From: a virus | Lineage: Duplodnaviria; Caudoviricetes | Reading direction: 5' to 3' (one strand) | Length of the DNA: 36,184 bases | IMG/VR virus record: IMGVR_UViG_3300042484_000510 | Coordinates: 1 to 36,184 of that record | Part shown: positions 14,467-23,374 of the stretch, one piece after another | How the letters are laid out: every line of letters begins with the position of its first letter | Numbering within the stretch: position 1 is the stretch's first letter | Translations under genes and position numbers: made by a program | Notes under the pieces: model-generated | What the model saw: only the letters and a program-made list of their open reading frames with translations | Databases searched by the model: none | What the model was told of the DNA's origin: nothing

Positions 14467-14795
14467 CGGATGAGCCGCACAAAGTCTTCCAGGGTGAGGA
14501 TGACCAGGTGCGTGCGCTTCACGCCAACTCCCGGTTTATTGCCAACGATTACCACGGGGGTTTCGTCGGCCTTGGATGCCGCCATGGTGTTGCTCAGGTA
14601 TCGGTTGAGTACCTCGGGGAATGAGCCTCCCACCTTCACCTGGGCAACGATGCCCTGGTCAGCGGTCACATCTATAGGGCCTCCATACATGCCTACACGC
14701 TTACCTCCAGGGAGCATTGAGGCGACATCCCTTTCGTACTGCTTTCCAGAATTGTTCGCCTTCCGGCCCCGATGCTTTCGCTCTTCATCAACCAC
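14463..14795 (-). CDS. Holliday junction resolvase-like PD-(D/E)xK nuclease
   Basis: GKQYERDVA...GPIDV...AQVK...PVVI...LEDF. Confidence 0.7.
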   Translation of the reverse strand: MVDEERKHRGRKANNSGKQYERDVASMLPGGKRVGMYGGPIDVTADQGIVAQVKVGGSFPEVLNRYLSNTMAASKADETPVVIVGNKPGVGVKRTHLVILTLEDFVRLIR

Positions 14796-15345
14796 GGTTG
14801 GACCCCTTTCGCGCTAGGTCGCGGACAATTCCGCCCACGCTCATTGGTGCTACTCCGTTCATCCTACTCCTAAGACTACTAATAACTCTCTTGTCATTGT
14901 CTTTGTCATTGTCATTGTCCCCCGTCACATTCGCGTTCGGTGTGACGCGCGTGTGCGTCACAGGAGCGTCACTACCCTTGGACTTCTCACGCCACCGGCG
15001 GGTGCGCTCCGCATTGGTGTTGATCTGGAAGTCGGCCCAGTCATGCACCACGACCAAGCCCCCTGGGGAGTCATGGAACGGCTCCAGGCATCGGATGCAG
15101 AGCGACGGAGACACCTCCAGGAGGCCCGCAGAGACGAGCGCGGTGAAGCCCTTGCGATCACCCCCAGCCCCAGCGGTCAACTGCGCCCAATGGCGCTCAG
15201 AGCCGAATGCGCCACCCGGCTTCTGAAGTTTGGCCTCAGATAGCGTGACGATCCACAGCCAGCGCAACGCATTGTTCGGGAGTCCAGCCACCTTGGCAGA
15301 GCGCCAAGCGAGAGCGTCCAGGCGAAGCCATGCCCCGCCGCTCAC
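14788..15345 (-). CDS. Replication initiator/replisome organiser-like protein
   Basis: WLRLD...LW...AGLLE...VHDWADFQ...ERTRRWREK. Confidence 0.7.
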   Translation of the reverse strand: MSGGAWLRLDALAWRSAKVAGLPNNALRWLWIVTLSEAKLQKPGGAFGSERHWAQLTAGAGGDRKGFTALVSAGLLEVSPSLCIRCLEPFHDSPGGLVVVHDWADFQINTNAERTRRWREKSKGSDAPVTHTRVTPNANVTGDNDNDKDNDKRVISSLRSRMNGVAPMSVGGIVRDLARKGSNRG

Positions 15346-15638
15346 TCGGCCACCTCGGTGTCGTCCTTGAAGGCCTCAACCTGCTCCATGCCCAGCACAT
15401 CCATCCTGGTGAGTTGCACCTGGAGGTGTGGGTTCTTCCACCCGCCGATCCTTTCGGCCCCAGCGCCCACTTTGTAGGGGCTAAATGCCCGAAGCGGGCA
15501 GTCCATGATCATGCAATAGCCATCCGAAGGCTTCTCCCCTACGCACCAGGCGCAGAAGTTAGCAATCGCACCGGCCGCGCCATGCTTGGCCAACTCTTTG
15601 ACATCCTTGGCTACCTGTTGCTCTTCCGTTAGCGCCAT
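15342..15638 (-). CDS. Hypothetical Cys-rich protein
   Basis: AI..FCAWC...C...CPL..F.PY. Confidence 0.65.
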   Translation of the reverse strand: MALTEEQQVAKDVKELAKHGAAGAIANFCAWCVGEKPSDGYCMIMDCPLRAFSPYKVGAGAERIGGWKNPHLQVQLTRMDVLGMEQVEAFKDDTEVAE

Positions 15639-15979
15639 ACGGCAACCCCCTTCCTCTTACAGGTCAGGCACGATGCCATCGCATACATGTCTGACACACT
15701 TGATTGCGACGGGATCACAGGCTCGCTACATGTCGCACAGAACCAAGCCTTCGGCCGGTCTGCGTGCTCCATGAAGTATTGCGAGACATGCTTACCGTCA
15801 CCGACCGTAACCATCTTTTCCCGAATGTCGTAGCCGCGCTGTTTCAACTCATAGACCCTGGCGGCAAGCCGACCAATGCCAAAGTCTTTCAACGCCTCCA
15901 GAGAGGTGATCTTGCGACCACCGTGCAGGGCTGCGAGCAGCATCTGCGCCTGGCTCTTGTCGTTTGTTTTGTACGCCAT
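15629..15979 (-). CDS. Winged-HTH DNA-binding protein with C-terminal Zn ribbon
   Basis: ITSLEA...GI.RLAARVYELKQRGYDI plus CATC...CLTC. Confidence 0.8.
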   Translation of the reverse strand: MAYKTNDKSQAQMLLAALHGGRKITSLEALKDFGIGRLAARVYELKQRGYDIREKMVTVGDGKHVSQYFMEHADRPKAWFCATCSEPVIPSQSSVSDMYAMASCLTCKRKGVAVWR

Positions 15980-16269
15980 TACTTACCTCCCGCAATCCCT
16001 TGGCGCTGCTCGTTTTCCAACTCAAACCGACCAATCAAGAATGAGCGGATGCCGGCCGCGACCTCGCGCTTGGATGTGTAGCCCAGGTGTGGGAGCACAT
16101 CGCGCACCCCACCATGCTCGTTGACGATCTGCACCAACTTAGAGCCACCGTATGCACCCATCAGGTAATAGAAACCAATCTGCGGGTACTCGCGTCGGGG
16201 CTGGTCAACCTCCCGACGGTTCATCACCGCCAGGAGGTTGTCCAATTCTGCTTTCGTCACTCGTGCCAT
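15979..16269 (-). CDS. Hypothetical protein
   Basis: GGAGG RBS; TAATG coupling. Confidence 0.75.
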   Translation of the reverse strand: MARVTKAELDNLLAVMNRREVDQPRREYPQIGFYYLMGAYGGSKLVQIVNEHGGVRDVLPHLGYTSKREVAAGIRSFLIGRFELENEQRQGIAGGK

Positions 16270-16293
16270 TGCCTTCCTCCCTTCCTGCCTCTG

Positions 16294-16662
16294 TTAGAGG
16301 CCCATCATTTCGTTGAAGGTCTGTGGCCGGTTCAACATCTGCGAATGGCCCACAGCCTCTGCATGCTCGCGGCTAATGGTGAACTCGCCGCCCTCCCAAG
16401 CACCTCGGGCAATTTCTGCCTCGGTCTTGGTCACAAACGCCTTGTAGGTTGCGGTCAATCCGGCCATGTCCAGGGCTTGCTGAACTGCAAAGGTGTCGTT
16501 TACACATGCCGTGATCAAGATGTTCTTCTTCCCGACGGCAATGCGCGTCCCGCCGTTGCATCGGCTGCACGAGCGGGAGTTGCTGCCCCAGCCACCGCCG
16601 TTGAGGCCTAGCGCGTCCTTGAGGTCCTGGTACTTCTGCTTCGCGAACCGCATGTCAGCCAT
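16294..16662 (-). CDS. Hypothetical protein
   Basis: GGAAGGAAGGAAGG leader; CSRC motif. Confidence 0.75.
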   Translation of the reverse strand: MADMRFAKQKYQDLKDALGLNGGGWGSNSRSCSRCNGGTRIAVGKKNILITACVNDTFAVQQALDMAGLTATYKAFVTKTEAEIARGAWEGGEFTISREHAEAVGHSQMLNRPQTFNEMMGL

Positions 16663-16686
16663 GTGTACCTTCCTTCCTTCCTAACA

Positions 16687-16734
16687 GCCCAGGTGGGCTA
16701 CGCCAATTCTCTACCCACCTGGGCCGTATGTCAA
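16687..16734 (-). promoter_or_regulatory. Putative sigma70-type promoter (TTGACA-17-GAGAAT) overlapping an 11-bp inverted repeat
   Basis: TTGACA at 16729-16734; arms gcccaggtggg (16687-16697) and cccacctgggc (16714-16724). Confidence 0.55.
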
Positions 16735-16755
16735 TACCCTATTTCGTGCTCAAAC

Positions 16756-17385
16756 TCAGCCTTTCTTAGCGTTTGACCACGCGATTGAGGGCCGCTGCTT
16801 GCAGTAACCCTCGGACGACTTAGGAGCCGGGCAAGCCCAGAAGTCGTAGTCACGGCCATCCGCCGTTGTGCCGTTGCGATGCACCCAGGCCAACTTATGC
16901 CGTGGGCATGCCGCATCCTCATCAGGGGTGATGTAGCGAATCGCCTTGAGGGCTGCGTCGTACACCTCTTCCTGGCCTTCGGGAGCAGTTCGCACCGGCT
17001 CATCAAAGATTGCCTTTGCCGCTTCGCTCAATCGGTCATCGGCTGGGACCTGGCGCTGCTGTGCCGCGAAGACCTCTTCCCGACTCGCAATGCCCTTCTT
17101 CACCTCAAAGCCAAGCGCCGCAATAGCGCGACCCCAGGCAGAGGTCTCACACACCATGACCTCAGAGCCTCGCGTGTATGGCGTAGCCCCCGGAATCTGC
17201 TCCGACGCATGGCCAACTCCAGGCCGAAGGTCTTCGCGATCACGGTGCGCATACGCCTTGAAGACGACCACCTTCTCGTTCATGTGGATCATCTCCGACT
17301 GAAGCGATCCCTCTGGATACGCTTCCTTGAATGCTGCAATACGCGATGCAACATCTATGTAATCAGACAGGTCAGGCTTCCCCAT
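16756..17385 (-). CDS. Single-strand annealing protein, Rad52/Sak-like, with C-terminal Zn ribbon
   Basis: Y.DV..RI..F...YP.G, GHASE, CETSAWGRAIAALGF; adjacent to an exonuclease. Confidence 0.7.
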   Translation of the reverse strand: MGKPDLSDYIDVASRIAAFKEAYPEGSLQSEMIHMNEKVVVFKAYAHRDREDLRPGVGHASEQIPGATPYTRGSEVMVCETSAWGRAIAALGFEVKKGIASREEVFAAQQRQVPADDRLSEAAKAIFDEPVRTAPEGQEEVYDAALKAIRYITPDEDAACPRHKLAWVHRNGTTADGRDYDFWACPAPKSSEGYCKQRPSIAWSNAKKG

Positions 17386-18265
17386 TGCTCTCCTCCTTCT
17401 GGGACATCATGAGTCCCACCTCACAGCCGCCGAACCCGTAATCAGGTAGCGGAGCGGCATACTGGCACGATTTGCATTGCTGCGTGTTGAATGTTGCGTG
17501 CTCTGGCTTTCCCTTGACGGACTTAGCAACGACCTGGGCCGACATGACACCGAGCGCCACATCGTCAGGGGTTGATTGCCGGATCACCAGATTCCAGCCC
17601 ACCTTCGGCCGCGAATACGACATGAGCGCAAGCCGTGGAAGCGGCGCATCGGGGAACTGCTTGGCATACAGCGCCGCGTAGAACCGCATTTCTGAACCAT
17701 TGAGGTCCAGCATTGACTTGTGCCGTTGCCCGGTCTTGATGTCCAGGATGACCGCATGCTCTGTGAACGGCGCAAAGATTGCGTCAGGTGTGCCGATCAC
17801 TAGCCCGGCCTTCGGGAACTTAACCGAAAGGCTATCGCCGTTGATGCCCTGGGTCAGCAACCCCATGCCCATCGGGAGCACCTGGGCAGATTTGGTGACC
17901 AGCCATTCGGCAAACAACGCCGTGGCCAATTCCACCTCCTCCAGGAATGCATCCCAATTGACAGCATCGGTAAACGCCTTGCCCTTGACGGACTCAACGC
18001 CGTTACGGGCCGCAATAGAGATTTCCTCCATGCGTAGGCGCTGGTCCGTGTCGTACCAAACCATCAGCGATTGCGTCGCATCATCAACCGCTGACCCGAA
18101 ATGGACGCGCTCCGGCATCGCTGCGTGAACTCGTCGCCCATCCTTATCGCGCACCTGCTCCAGGTAGACAGCCTTACGGCCGCACCAATCCGCAGCGGTA
18201 ACGGTGGATTTGCTCAAGCCCTTGCGAGCCGGGTCAATTGCTTTACTGGGGACGGCTGGACTCAT
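17372..18265 (-). CDS. Cas4/RecB-like PD-(D/E)xK exonuclease with Fe-S Cys motif
   Basis: LS.S......C.RK, FGSAV, GTPD...ILDIKTG, CKSCQY...C. Confidence 0.8.
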   Translation of the reverse strand: MSPAVPSKAIDPARKGLSKSTVTAADWCGRKAVYLEQVRDKDGRRVHAAMPERVHFGSAVDDATQSLMVWYDTDQRLRMEEISIAARNGVESVKGKAFTDAVNWDAFLEEVELATALFAEWLVTKSAQVLPMGMGLLTQGINGDSLSVKFPKAGLVIGTPDAIFAPFTEHAVILDIKTGQRHKSMLDLNGSEMRFYAALYAKQFPDAPLPRLALMSYSRPKVGWNLVIRQSTPDDVALGVMSAQVVAKSVKGKPEHATFNTQQCKSCQYAAPLPDYGFGGCEVGLMMSQKEESNGEA

Positions 18266-18512
18266 GCTCTGCCTCCTTCTCAAACCAACGCAAGATTGCC
18301 TCTGCGTCGCTCCTTGTTGCCAACACTTTCATTTCAACCGTTGTCGTAGCCGAGAAGAATGCCGACCCGATGGACAACATGATGGGATGACCTGGGCCAT
18401 CCCATCGCGCGAACACCGGACCTTCACCATCGTCAGCAACCCAGAACACCTGGTCGCCAATCGTGGTCAGGTCTCGGAACATAGACAACTCACGCGCCTT
18501 CCTCTTTGCCAT
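18243..18512 (-). CDS. Hypothetical protein
   Basis: Coupled ORF (TGATG). Confidence 0.65.
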   Translation of the reverse strand: MAKRKARELSMFRDLTTIGDQVFWVADDGEGPVFARWDGPGHPIMLSIGSAFFSATTTVEMKVLATRSDAEAILRWFEKEAEHESSRPQ

Positions 18513-18658
18513 CAGATTCGGCCTAGGGCTACAGCAAGCCCAATGAGCAAGGCTGCAAGGCCAATCACCGTAAGCCGGTCGCGCTTCTGCTTTCGCAATT
18601 TCGCGGCCTCAACCTCTAGCGTCGTTGGCTTTCGCAGCGAGAAGATGATGTCGCTCAT
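18512..18658 (-). CDS. 48-aa membrane peptide (MSDIIFSLRK...LTVIGLAALLIGLAVALGRI)
   Basis: ATGA and TGATG coupling on both sides; C-terminal hydrophobic helix. Confidence 0.6.
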   Translation of the reverse strand: MSDIIFSLRKPTTLEVEAAKLRKQKRDRLTVIGLAALLIGLAVALGRI

Positions 18659-18789
18659 GCTGACACCAACTCAAACGCGATCCACACCAGCGTGACAACG
18701 CCGAGCGCAATCACCTGAATCCGGAATCGCTCCTGCTCCTGCTCTTTGCGCTTGCGGGCCTCGTTGAGTTCCCTCCAGGTGTAATTCAC
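18655..18789 (-). CDS. 44-aa membrane peptide (MNYTWRELNEARKRK...VIALGVVTLVWIAFELVSA)
   Basis: GTGA coupling; GGAGG RBS; C-terminal hydrophobic helix. Confidence 0.6.
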   Translation of the reverse strand: MNYTWRELNEARKRKEQEQERFRIQVIALGVVTLVWIAFELVSA

Positions 18790-19058
18790 TTTGCCTCCTT
18801 CGCGCCAAACAGCGCCGTCCACTTTCCGTTGACCAGCCCCACGCGCGTCTTCACGCCGTTTGGGAATCTCTTGGCCAGGGCTTGCTTTCCGGTTGCACGG
18901 ATGCGCTCCGCATCATCCCGGTCAACTCCTTCAACCGCTACGACCTCGCCCGACAGCATTGCAATGCTTGCCTGGTCGTAATTGAATCGCGCGACAGGGC
19001 CGCGCTTGCCCAGGATGTGCTCCACATCCTCAAACTTTACCGTCTTGAATCCCTTCAT
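18786..19058 (-). CDS. Hypothetical protein
   Basis: GGAGG RBS; ATGA coupling. Confidence 0.7.
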   Translation of the reverse strand: MKGFKTVKFEDVEHILGKRGPVARFNYDQASIAMLSGEVVAVEGVDRDDAERIRATGKQALAKRFPNGVKTRVGLVNGKWTALFGAKEAK

Positions 19059-19417
19059 TGAGCCTCCATGATTCGTTCAGCGGAAGCGAAATCACCGACC
19101 GCTTCCAATTGTCGGATGGTGTCCAACTCATGCCGGATCACCTCTTTCCTGCCGTCGTCGTCCACCTCTCTTGCGATGGACCACGCGATAGCCGGAACCT
19201 CTCTGGTGGCCAGAGCCAACTGCTCGGCCGCCTCACACCCGCTGCACATGCCGTCGCTGCCACACATCTCGTGGTGCATACAGTCATACGGCTCACAGCA
19301 TTCTGCGCGCCGTACCTGCATCGCAATCAACTCCAGCATCATGTCGCGCGTGTCCTCCGATAGCGCGCCCCAGGCCTTGAGGCCCAGGACGCGCGCCTCG
19401 CCGGCCAACTCAAACAT
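19055..19417 (-). CDS. Hypothetical Cys/His-rich protein
   Basis: GGAGG RBS before ATG 19417; CC...C.HH..C....C..C. Confidence 0.6.
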   Translation of the reverse strand: MFELAGEARVLGLKAWGALSEDTRDMMLELIAMQVRRAECCEPYDCMHHEMCGSDGMCSGCEAAEQLALATREVPAIAWSIAREVDDDGRKEVIRHELDTIRQLEAVGDFASAERIMEAQ

Positions 19418-19763
19418 TGACCGCCTCCAATCGTCGCGCCATTTCTCCAGCGGCCTGGACAAGCCGGCGCGTCTTGGTGATCAACTTCGCCTGATGGATT
19501 CGGTAGGTCTTGGTGTAGTAACCGGCGTGCTCGGCTGCGACCTCTGCAGCCGTCTGCGTGCACATGTCTTCGCGGCCGTTGGCCTTTCGGAACTCGTTGC
19601 GTCGGTCAATCTCGGCCTGCGCACCGGCGAGCGTGACCATGTTCTCGTAATACGCAATGTCGGCCTTGAGGCCGGTCACCTGTGCGTCCAATCGCTTGAC
19701 CAGCGTCTTCAATTCCTTGTCCGTCATCGTTGCGAGTGTTGCGGTCTGCTGTGCCTCGTTCAT
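19410..19763 (-). CDS. Hypothetical coiled-coil protein
   Basis: GGAAGGAAGGAAGGCACAC-ATG leader at 19763. Confidence 0.7.
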   Translation of the reverse strand: MNEAQQTATLATMTDKELKTLVKRLDAQVTGLKADIAYYENMVTLAGAQAEIDRRNEFRKANGREDMCTQTAAEVAAEHAGYYTKTYRIHQAKLITKTRRLVQAAGEMARRLEAVNV

Positions 19764-19811
19764 GTGTGCCTTCCTTCCTTCCAATGCCAGGGAACTCCCC
19801 CGGCTGACATA

Positions 19812-19841
19812 ACCCTACAGCCCCTGCTAAACCCCTGTCAA
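19812..19841 (-). promoter_or_regulatory. Putative early promoter TTGACA-18-TAGGGT
   Basis: Consensus -35 at 19836-19841 and TAnnnT at 19812-19817 in an intergenic gap. Confidence 0.6.
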
Positions 19842-19849
19842 CCCCCCCC

Positions 19850-20179
19850 TTATTCCGGGCGCAGAATCAACAGCCCGCCACGGGTTTGCTTGAACTCATA
19901 GCCCTCGGGCGGGCCTTGCTTGCGAAGCGCCTTCAGGGTGCGCCGGGCTGCGGCATGCAGGTGAGCCAGGCCGATGCCCGGATCAAAGCCGCCCGGGTCA
20001 GCGTAGTAAGACGCATCGCTTACCAGGTCGCCCAGGGCCTCAATGTCCAGCGACACCACATAGGCATTGCTGAACTCATTGACGATGTAGCCGGATGCGC
20101 CGCATTCGCGATACACATGGTCGTCATAGAAGACCTTGCCGATCCGGTATTCAGCGCGGGGGCCGTTGCCCCCGCGCAT
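19850..20179 (-). CDS. Hypothetical protein
   Basis: GGAGG RBS before ATG 20179. Confidence 0.65.
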   Translation of the reverse strand: MRGGNGPRAEYRIGKVFYDDHVYRECGASGYIVNEFSNAYVVSLDIEALGDLVSDASYYADPGGFDPGIGLAHLHAAARRTLKALRKQGPPEGYEFKQTRGGLLILRPE

Positions 20180-20355
20180 CAGGCCCACCTCCGGGCATGA
20201 CGGCCGCGCTGGGCCGTGCAGGTGGCGCAACGAGCAGCGCCCTTGCTGTCGGGTAGGGCTGCCCCATGCCGACTATTGTTTGGGCAGATGGGCTGCATCT
20301 GCTCCCGGATGGCGGCCATCGCGGCTGCCCATCCACTTGTATCAGGAGCCTTCAT
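20179..20355 (-). CDS. 58-aa putative Zn-finger protein (CPNNSRH...CATC)
   Basis: GGAGG RBS; TGATG coupling; not in the ORF track. Confidence 0.55.
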   Translation of the reverse strand: MKAPDTSGWAAAMAAIREQMQPICPNNSRHGAALPDSKGAARCATCTAQRGRHARRWA

Positions 20356-20413
20356 CCTGTACCTCCATAACCGGGGCGGACTGGTTGGTCCTTTAACCCT
20401 TCGGTCTGAGACA

Positions 20414-20500
20414 AGTATAGCACATGGGTTTTTACACTTTGTTAGGTCTGAGCGTGAAGATGTTGTGTGCCACGCTCAGAAACAGGGGGCTTGACAAGCC
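20414..20500 (-). promoter_or_regulatory. Control region at the head of the early genes: extended -10 TGcTATACT, 10-bp inverted repeat and a palindrome
   Basis: TATACT 20414-20419; tctgagcgtg(N14)cacgctcaga 20447-20480; ggcttg-a-caagcc 20488-20500. Confidence 0.5.
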
Positions 20501-20503
20501 TTT

Positions 20504-21700
20504 TTAGGATTCGTCGCAACTCAAGACCGCAAGGTCTTCCCATCCCCTTTTAGTCAACACAAATGTCAACACGCCGGCCGGAGAATCACCGATGCCGTAT
20601 CGCTCGGTAAACCAATCAGAGCCGGAGTCCAACGCTGGGCATTGCATCCAGGTGCGCCGACCAACGGTGGCCAACTGGAACGAATGGTAGTGACCCGTGA
20701 GCAAGATGTCTGCATCGCCAATTGCGGTTTGGCCTAGCGCCTGACCGCTCCACCATTTCTGCACGCGCGCCTGTGGCGTAGCGCCAGAGCCGGACTGATG
20801 GCCATGCGCCATGCCAATGATCGGCCCGCCTTCAATCGGCTGAATGGTTTGCGTAAGGCTTTGAGCAATCACAAACTTCACATGACCAAAGGCCTCTGGG
20901 TTTGCGCCCAAGATGTCTGCCGCCATTTCTACAATGGCCAGGTCGTCGTTGTCCGTTGGCCCTGTAAGAACCGGACGCTGCTCGCCATGGTTGCCTGGAA
21001 CTGCGGCCACCACAATGGAGGCAAGCCCTGGCAATTTGCTCCAACGCACCAGCGCCTCAACCAGAAGCCGGCGCATGACGCGCACCTGCTGGCCATGGTC
21101 CAACTCAGCCGTAAAGGTTTGGTTGGGGTAATGCCCCGCAACCTGCTCAACCAGGTCTCCGAGACATGGAACCAGGATTCCACCTAGCGGTCGGCCTTGT
21201 CGGCGCAACTCAGCCCATCGCTCTTCCACCTCTGTGATGGCAAGACCGAATCGGTCAATGGTTGCGGCCGTTCCCTCTTTACCAATCTGTAGGTCGCCCA
21301 GGACCACGGTAAGCATGGACTCACCTGGGGTATCTGGTAACGCTTTGGGCTTGCGGCGCTTGACCATGCGCTCCAACGCTTCGTCAATGCCGGCCGGCGC
21401 TTTCTTCAGGGTCACATCGGCGCGGAAATAGAACGCGCGCTGAAGTCCCTCTGCTGTTGGCGTATCCCACGAGCGGACGCTTACGGTGTCCTTGGCCACA
21501 TCGTAGACCTGTGGGTCCAGGCCCAATTCGGTTAGCACCATGGTCCAATCTGGCTCTTGGGTCAATGATCGCGCGGTGATGCGCCCGCTGGCCCCCTTGA
21601 GTTCAACGCCAGGCTCCCACCCGTCGGGGTGTCTGCGCTTTGGCGCGCGTGCATCTAATTGCTGCTGCAATGCGAGCAGGTCTTTAATGCGCTCGCTCAT
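20504..21700 (-). CDS. Calcineurin-like metallophosphoesterase (Mre11/SbcD-like)
   Basis: GDLQIGK, LGDLVE, PGNHGE, AHGH and GHYH motifs; ATGA coupling at 21700. Confidence 0.85.
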   Translation of the reverse strand: MSERIKDLLALQQQLDARAPKRRHPDGWEPGVELKGASGRITARSLTQEPDWTMVLTELGLDPQVYDVAKDTVSVRSWDTPTAEGLQRAFYFRADVTLKKAPAGIDEALERMVKRRKPKALPDTPGESMLTVVLGDLQIGKEGTAATIDRFGLAITEVEERWAELRRQGRPLGGILVPCLGDLVEQVAGHYPNQTFTAELDHGQQVRVMRRLLVEALVRWSKLPGLASIVVAAVPGNHGEQRPVLTGPTDNDDLAIVEMAADILGANPEAFGHVKFVIAQSLTQTIQPIEGGPIIGMAHGHQSGSGATPQARVQKWWSGQALGQTAIGDADILLTGHYHSFQLATVGRRTWMQCPALDSGSDWFTERYGIGDSPAGVLTFVLTKRGWEDLAVLSCDES

Positions 21701-21924
21701 CGCGCACACGCGCAATCGCCGCGTCGGTGTCGGGCAACTGTGTTCTGCCCGGCTGATACGCCTTGCTGTTTGAGCCAAATAGTTACGGCCGCTGCGGTGA
21801 TGTCTGGGTGAGCCAAGGCTTCGTCAATGACTTTGCCCAACTCAGCATCCGCAATCTTCTCGCGCCAACACTTAGACCGCTTGACAACGGACAGCGCAAG
21901 CATGGATTCCAATTCCTTGTTCAT
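21697..21924 (-). CDS. Small HTH-like/Cys protein partnering the phosphoesterase
   Basis: TVARHRRGDCAC; GGAGG RBS. Confidence 0.75.
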   Translation of the reverse strand: MNKELESMLALSVVKRSKCWREKIADAELGKVIDEALAHPDITAAAVTIWLKQQGVSAGQNTVARHRRGDCACAR

Positions 21925-21958
21925 GTGTGCCTCCCTCTATGCCGTATTACCGTAGAGA

Positions 21959-23119
21959 TTACTTCTCTTTGGTCTTTACACCGAACTGATTATCGGTTGG
22001 CTGTAGAAAGCGCACGACCACATTTAGACATGCGCTGAGTCCGCCGCTGATGACGACCCTGAAATCTCCAGAGGTCATGTCCAGCAGCGGAGACCCGGTT
22101 GCAAGCATCATGGCAATGCAGGTGGTCAGGAACACACGAGCCGCTTCGGTTGCGGCCTCGTCAATGCCGGTGTTGTCTTTAATAGACTTAAGAACTGAGA
22201 GCACACGATTCATTCCGCTTTGTCCTTTCGTTGATTCAACCGCGTTGCCGATAGCCTCTGCGGCCTCACCGGCCTTCGCGCCCCAGTCTACCCGCTTTAG
22301 AGCGTCAACTGACGCGCTCAACGCTGGGTCAATCTGCGCCTCTTTCTTGGTCGGGACCGGTGCTGGTGCTGGCGTGCTCACAACCGCGCTCTGCGTGGCG
22401 GAAACCGGGGCTGTAGGGGCTGCTACGACAGGTGCAACAGGTGCTGGGGCCACAGGGGCCTGAACTGCCACCTGCCCGCCTGGGTGCGTCACGATCAGCA
22501 GCGTCTTGTAGTCAACCTTGTAGCCTTTCTTTGCCTTGACCTTGCTGTTTGCAATTTGGCGCAACTGAGCCTCCGTAACTGGAGCGCCGTATGCCTCTGC
22601 CGCAACCTTCTCGTCTCTGGTCGGACAGGTCCAATAAATCGTTCCCGTGTCTTGGTCAAGTCCCGCGCTGGTGCAATGTCCGTATCCGGCCGTAATCTTG
22701 GCTGGTTGGTGCTTGCTCCACCACCTGTGCCAACTGTCATGCCACTTGCTGATCTTGACCTCTGGTGGGTATCCCACAGCCTGTTGCACATGCATGATAA
22801 GCGCAGCACCGGTCTTCATTGCGGTCATTGCGTCGTCCCATGATTTCGCGTAGCGAGCCTTGCCGCCAAGTTTGGCAATAACTTTTACTGCCTCTGCAAG
22901 GCTGCCGCCATTATCAGACACGCCTTGTCGGTCTACGCGATTTAGCGCCGCCTTCTGGGCAGCAACGCCGTCTGCGCTGCTGTACTCAACGGTATAGCCA
23001 GAGGCGAAAGACACGGCTGCAGCACACGAAGACCAGGTGCAGTCGTCAAGAATCTGCTCTTTGCCTTTCTTCCGGGCCTCAGCGTCGCTGTATAACTGGC
23101 TCTTTGTTTTGTAGCGCAT
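21959..23119 (-). CDS. Putative lysin: papain/C39-like cysteine peptidase, Pro/Ala linker and C-terminal holin-like membrane domain
   Basis: Q...DDCTWSSCA...YGHC; C-terminal two hydrophobic helices ending VRFLQPTDNQFG; position after the tail genes. Confidence 0.55.
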   Translation of the reverse strand: MRYKTKSQLYSDAEARKKGKEQILDDCTWSSCAAAVSFASGYTVEYSSADGVAAQKAALNRVDRQGVSDNGGSLAEAVKVIAKLGGKARYAKSWDDAMTAMKTGAALIMHVQQAVGYPPEVKISKWHDSWHRWWSKHQPAKITAGYGHCTSAGLDQDTGTIYWTCPTRDEKVAAEAYGAPVTEAQLRQIANSKVKAKKGYKVDYKTLLIVTHPGGQVAVQAPVAPAPVAPVVAAPTAPVSATQSAVVSTPAPAPVPTKKEAQIDPALSASVDALKRVDWGAKAGEAAEAIGNAVESTKGQSGMNRVLSVLKSIKDNTGIDEAATEAARVFLTTCIAMMLATGSPLLDMTSGDFRVVISGGLSACLNVVVRFLQPTDNQFGVKTKEK

Positions 23120-23370
23120 TACGAATTCTCGCTCTTGATGATGACGGCAAGCGCGCGGCCGGCGGACTCAAAGTCAAGCGCCGCGCTCACGGGATGACCA
23201 GCGGTTACGCCCTCGGCATGGTCGGCCCCATCGGAGCCGCGCTTCCAAAGTGTTCCGCCAAACGCGCTGTTGTCGTCGTTGGGAACAACGGCTACCCATT
23301 CGTCCGGGGCCGTGTCAACTCGCGTCCACCCTTGCGCGTGAATCTGGTCAATGTGGTCTGCTGCACTCAT
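23119..23370 (-). CDS. Hypothetical protein
   Basis: TAATG coupling. Confidence 0.7.
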   Translation of the reverse strand: MSAADHIDQIHAQGWTRVDTAPDEWVAVVPNDDNSAFGGTLWKRGSDGADHAEGVTAGHPVSAALDFESAGRALAVIIKSENS

Positions 23371-23374
23371 GCGT

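Noticed and set aside
17372-18265. Cas4-like gene as part of a CRISPR-Cas system
   Set aside because: No array or other cas genes; it is paired with an annealing protein as a typical phage recombination module
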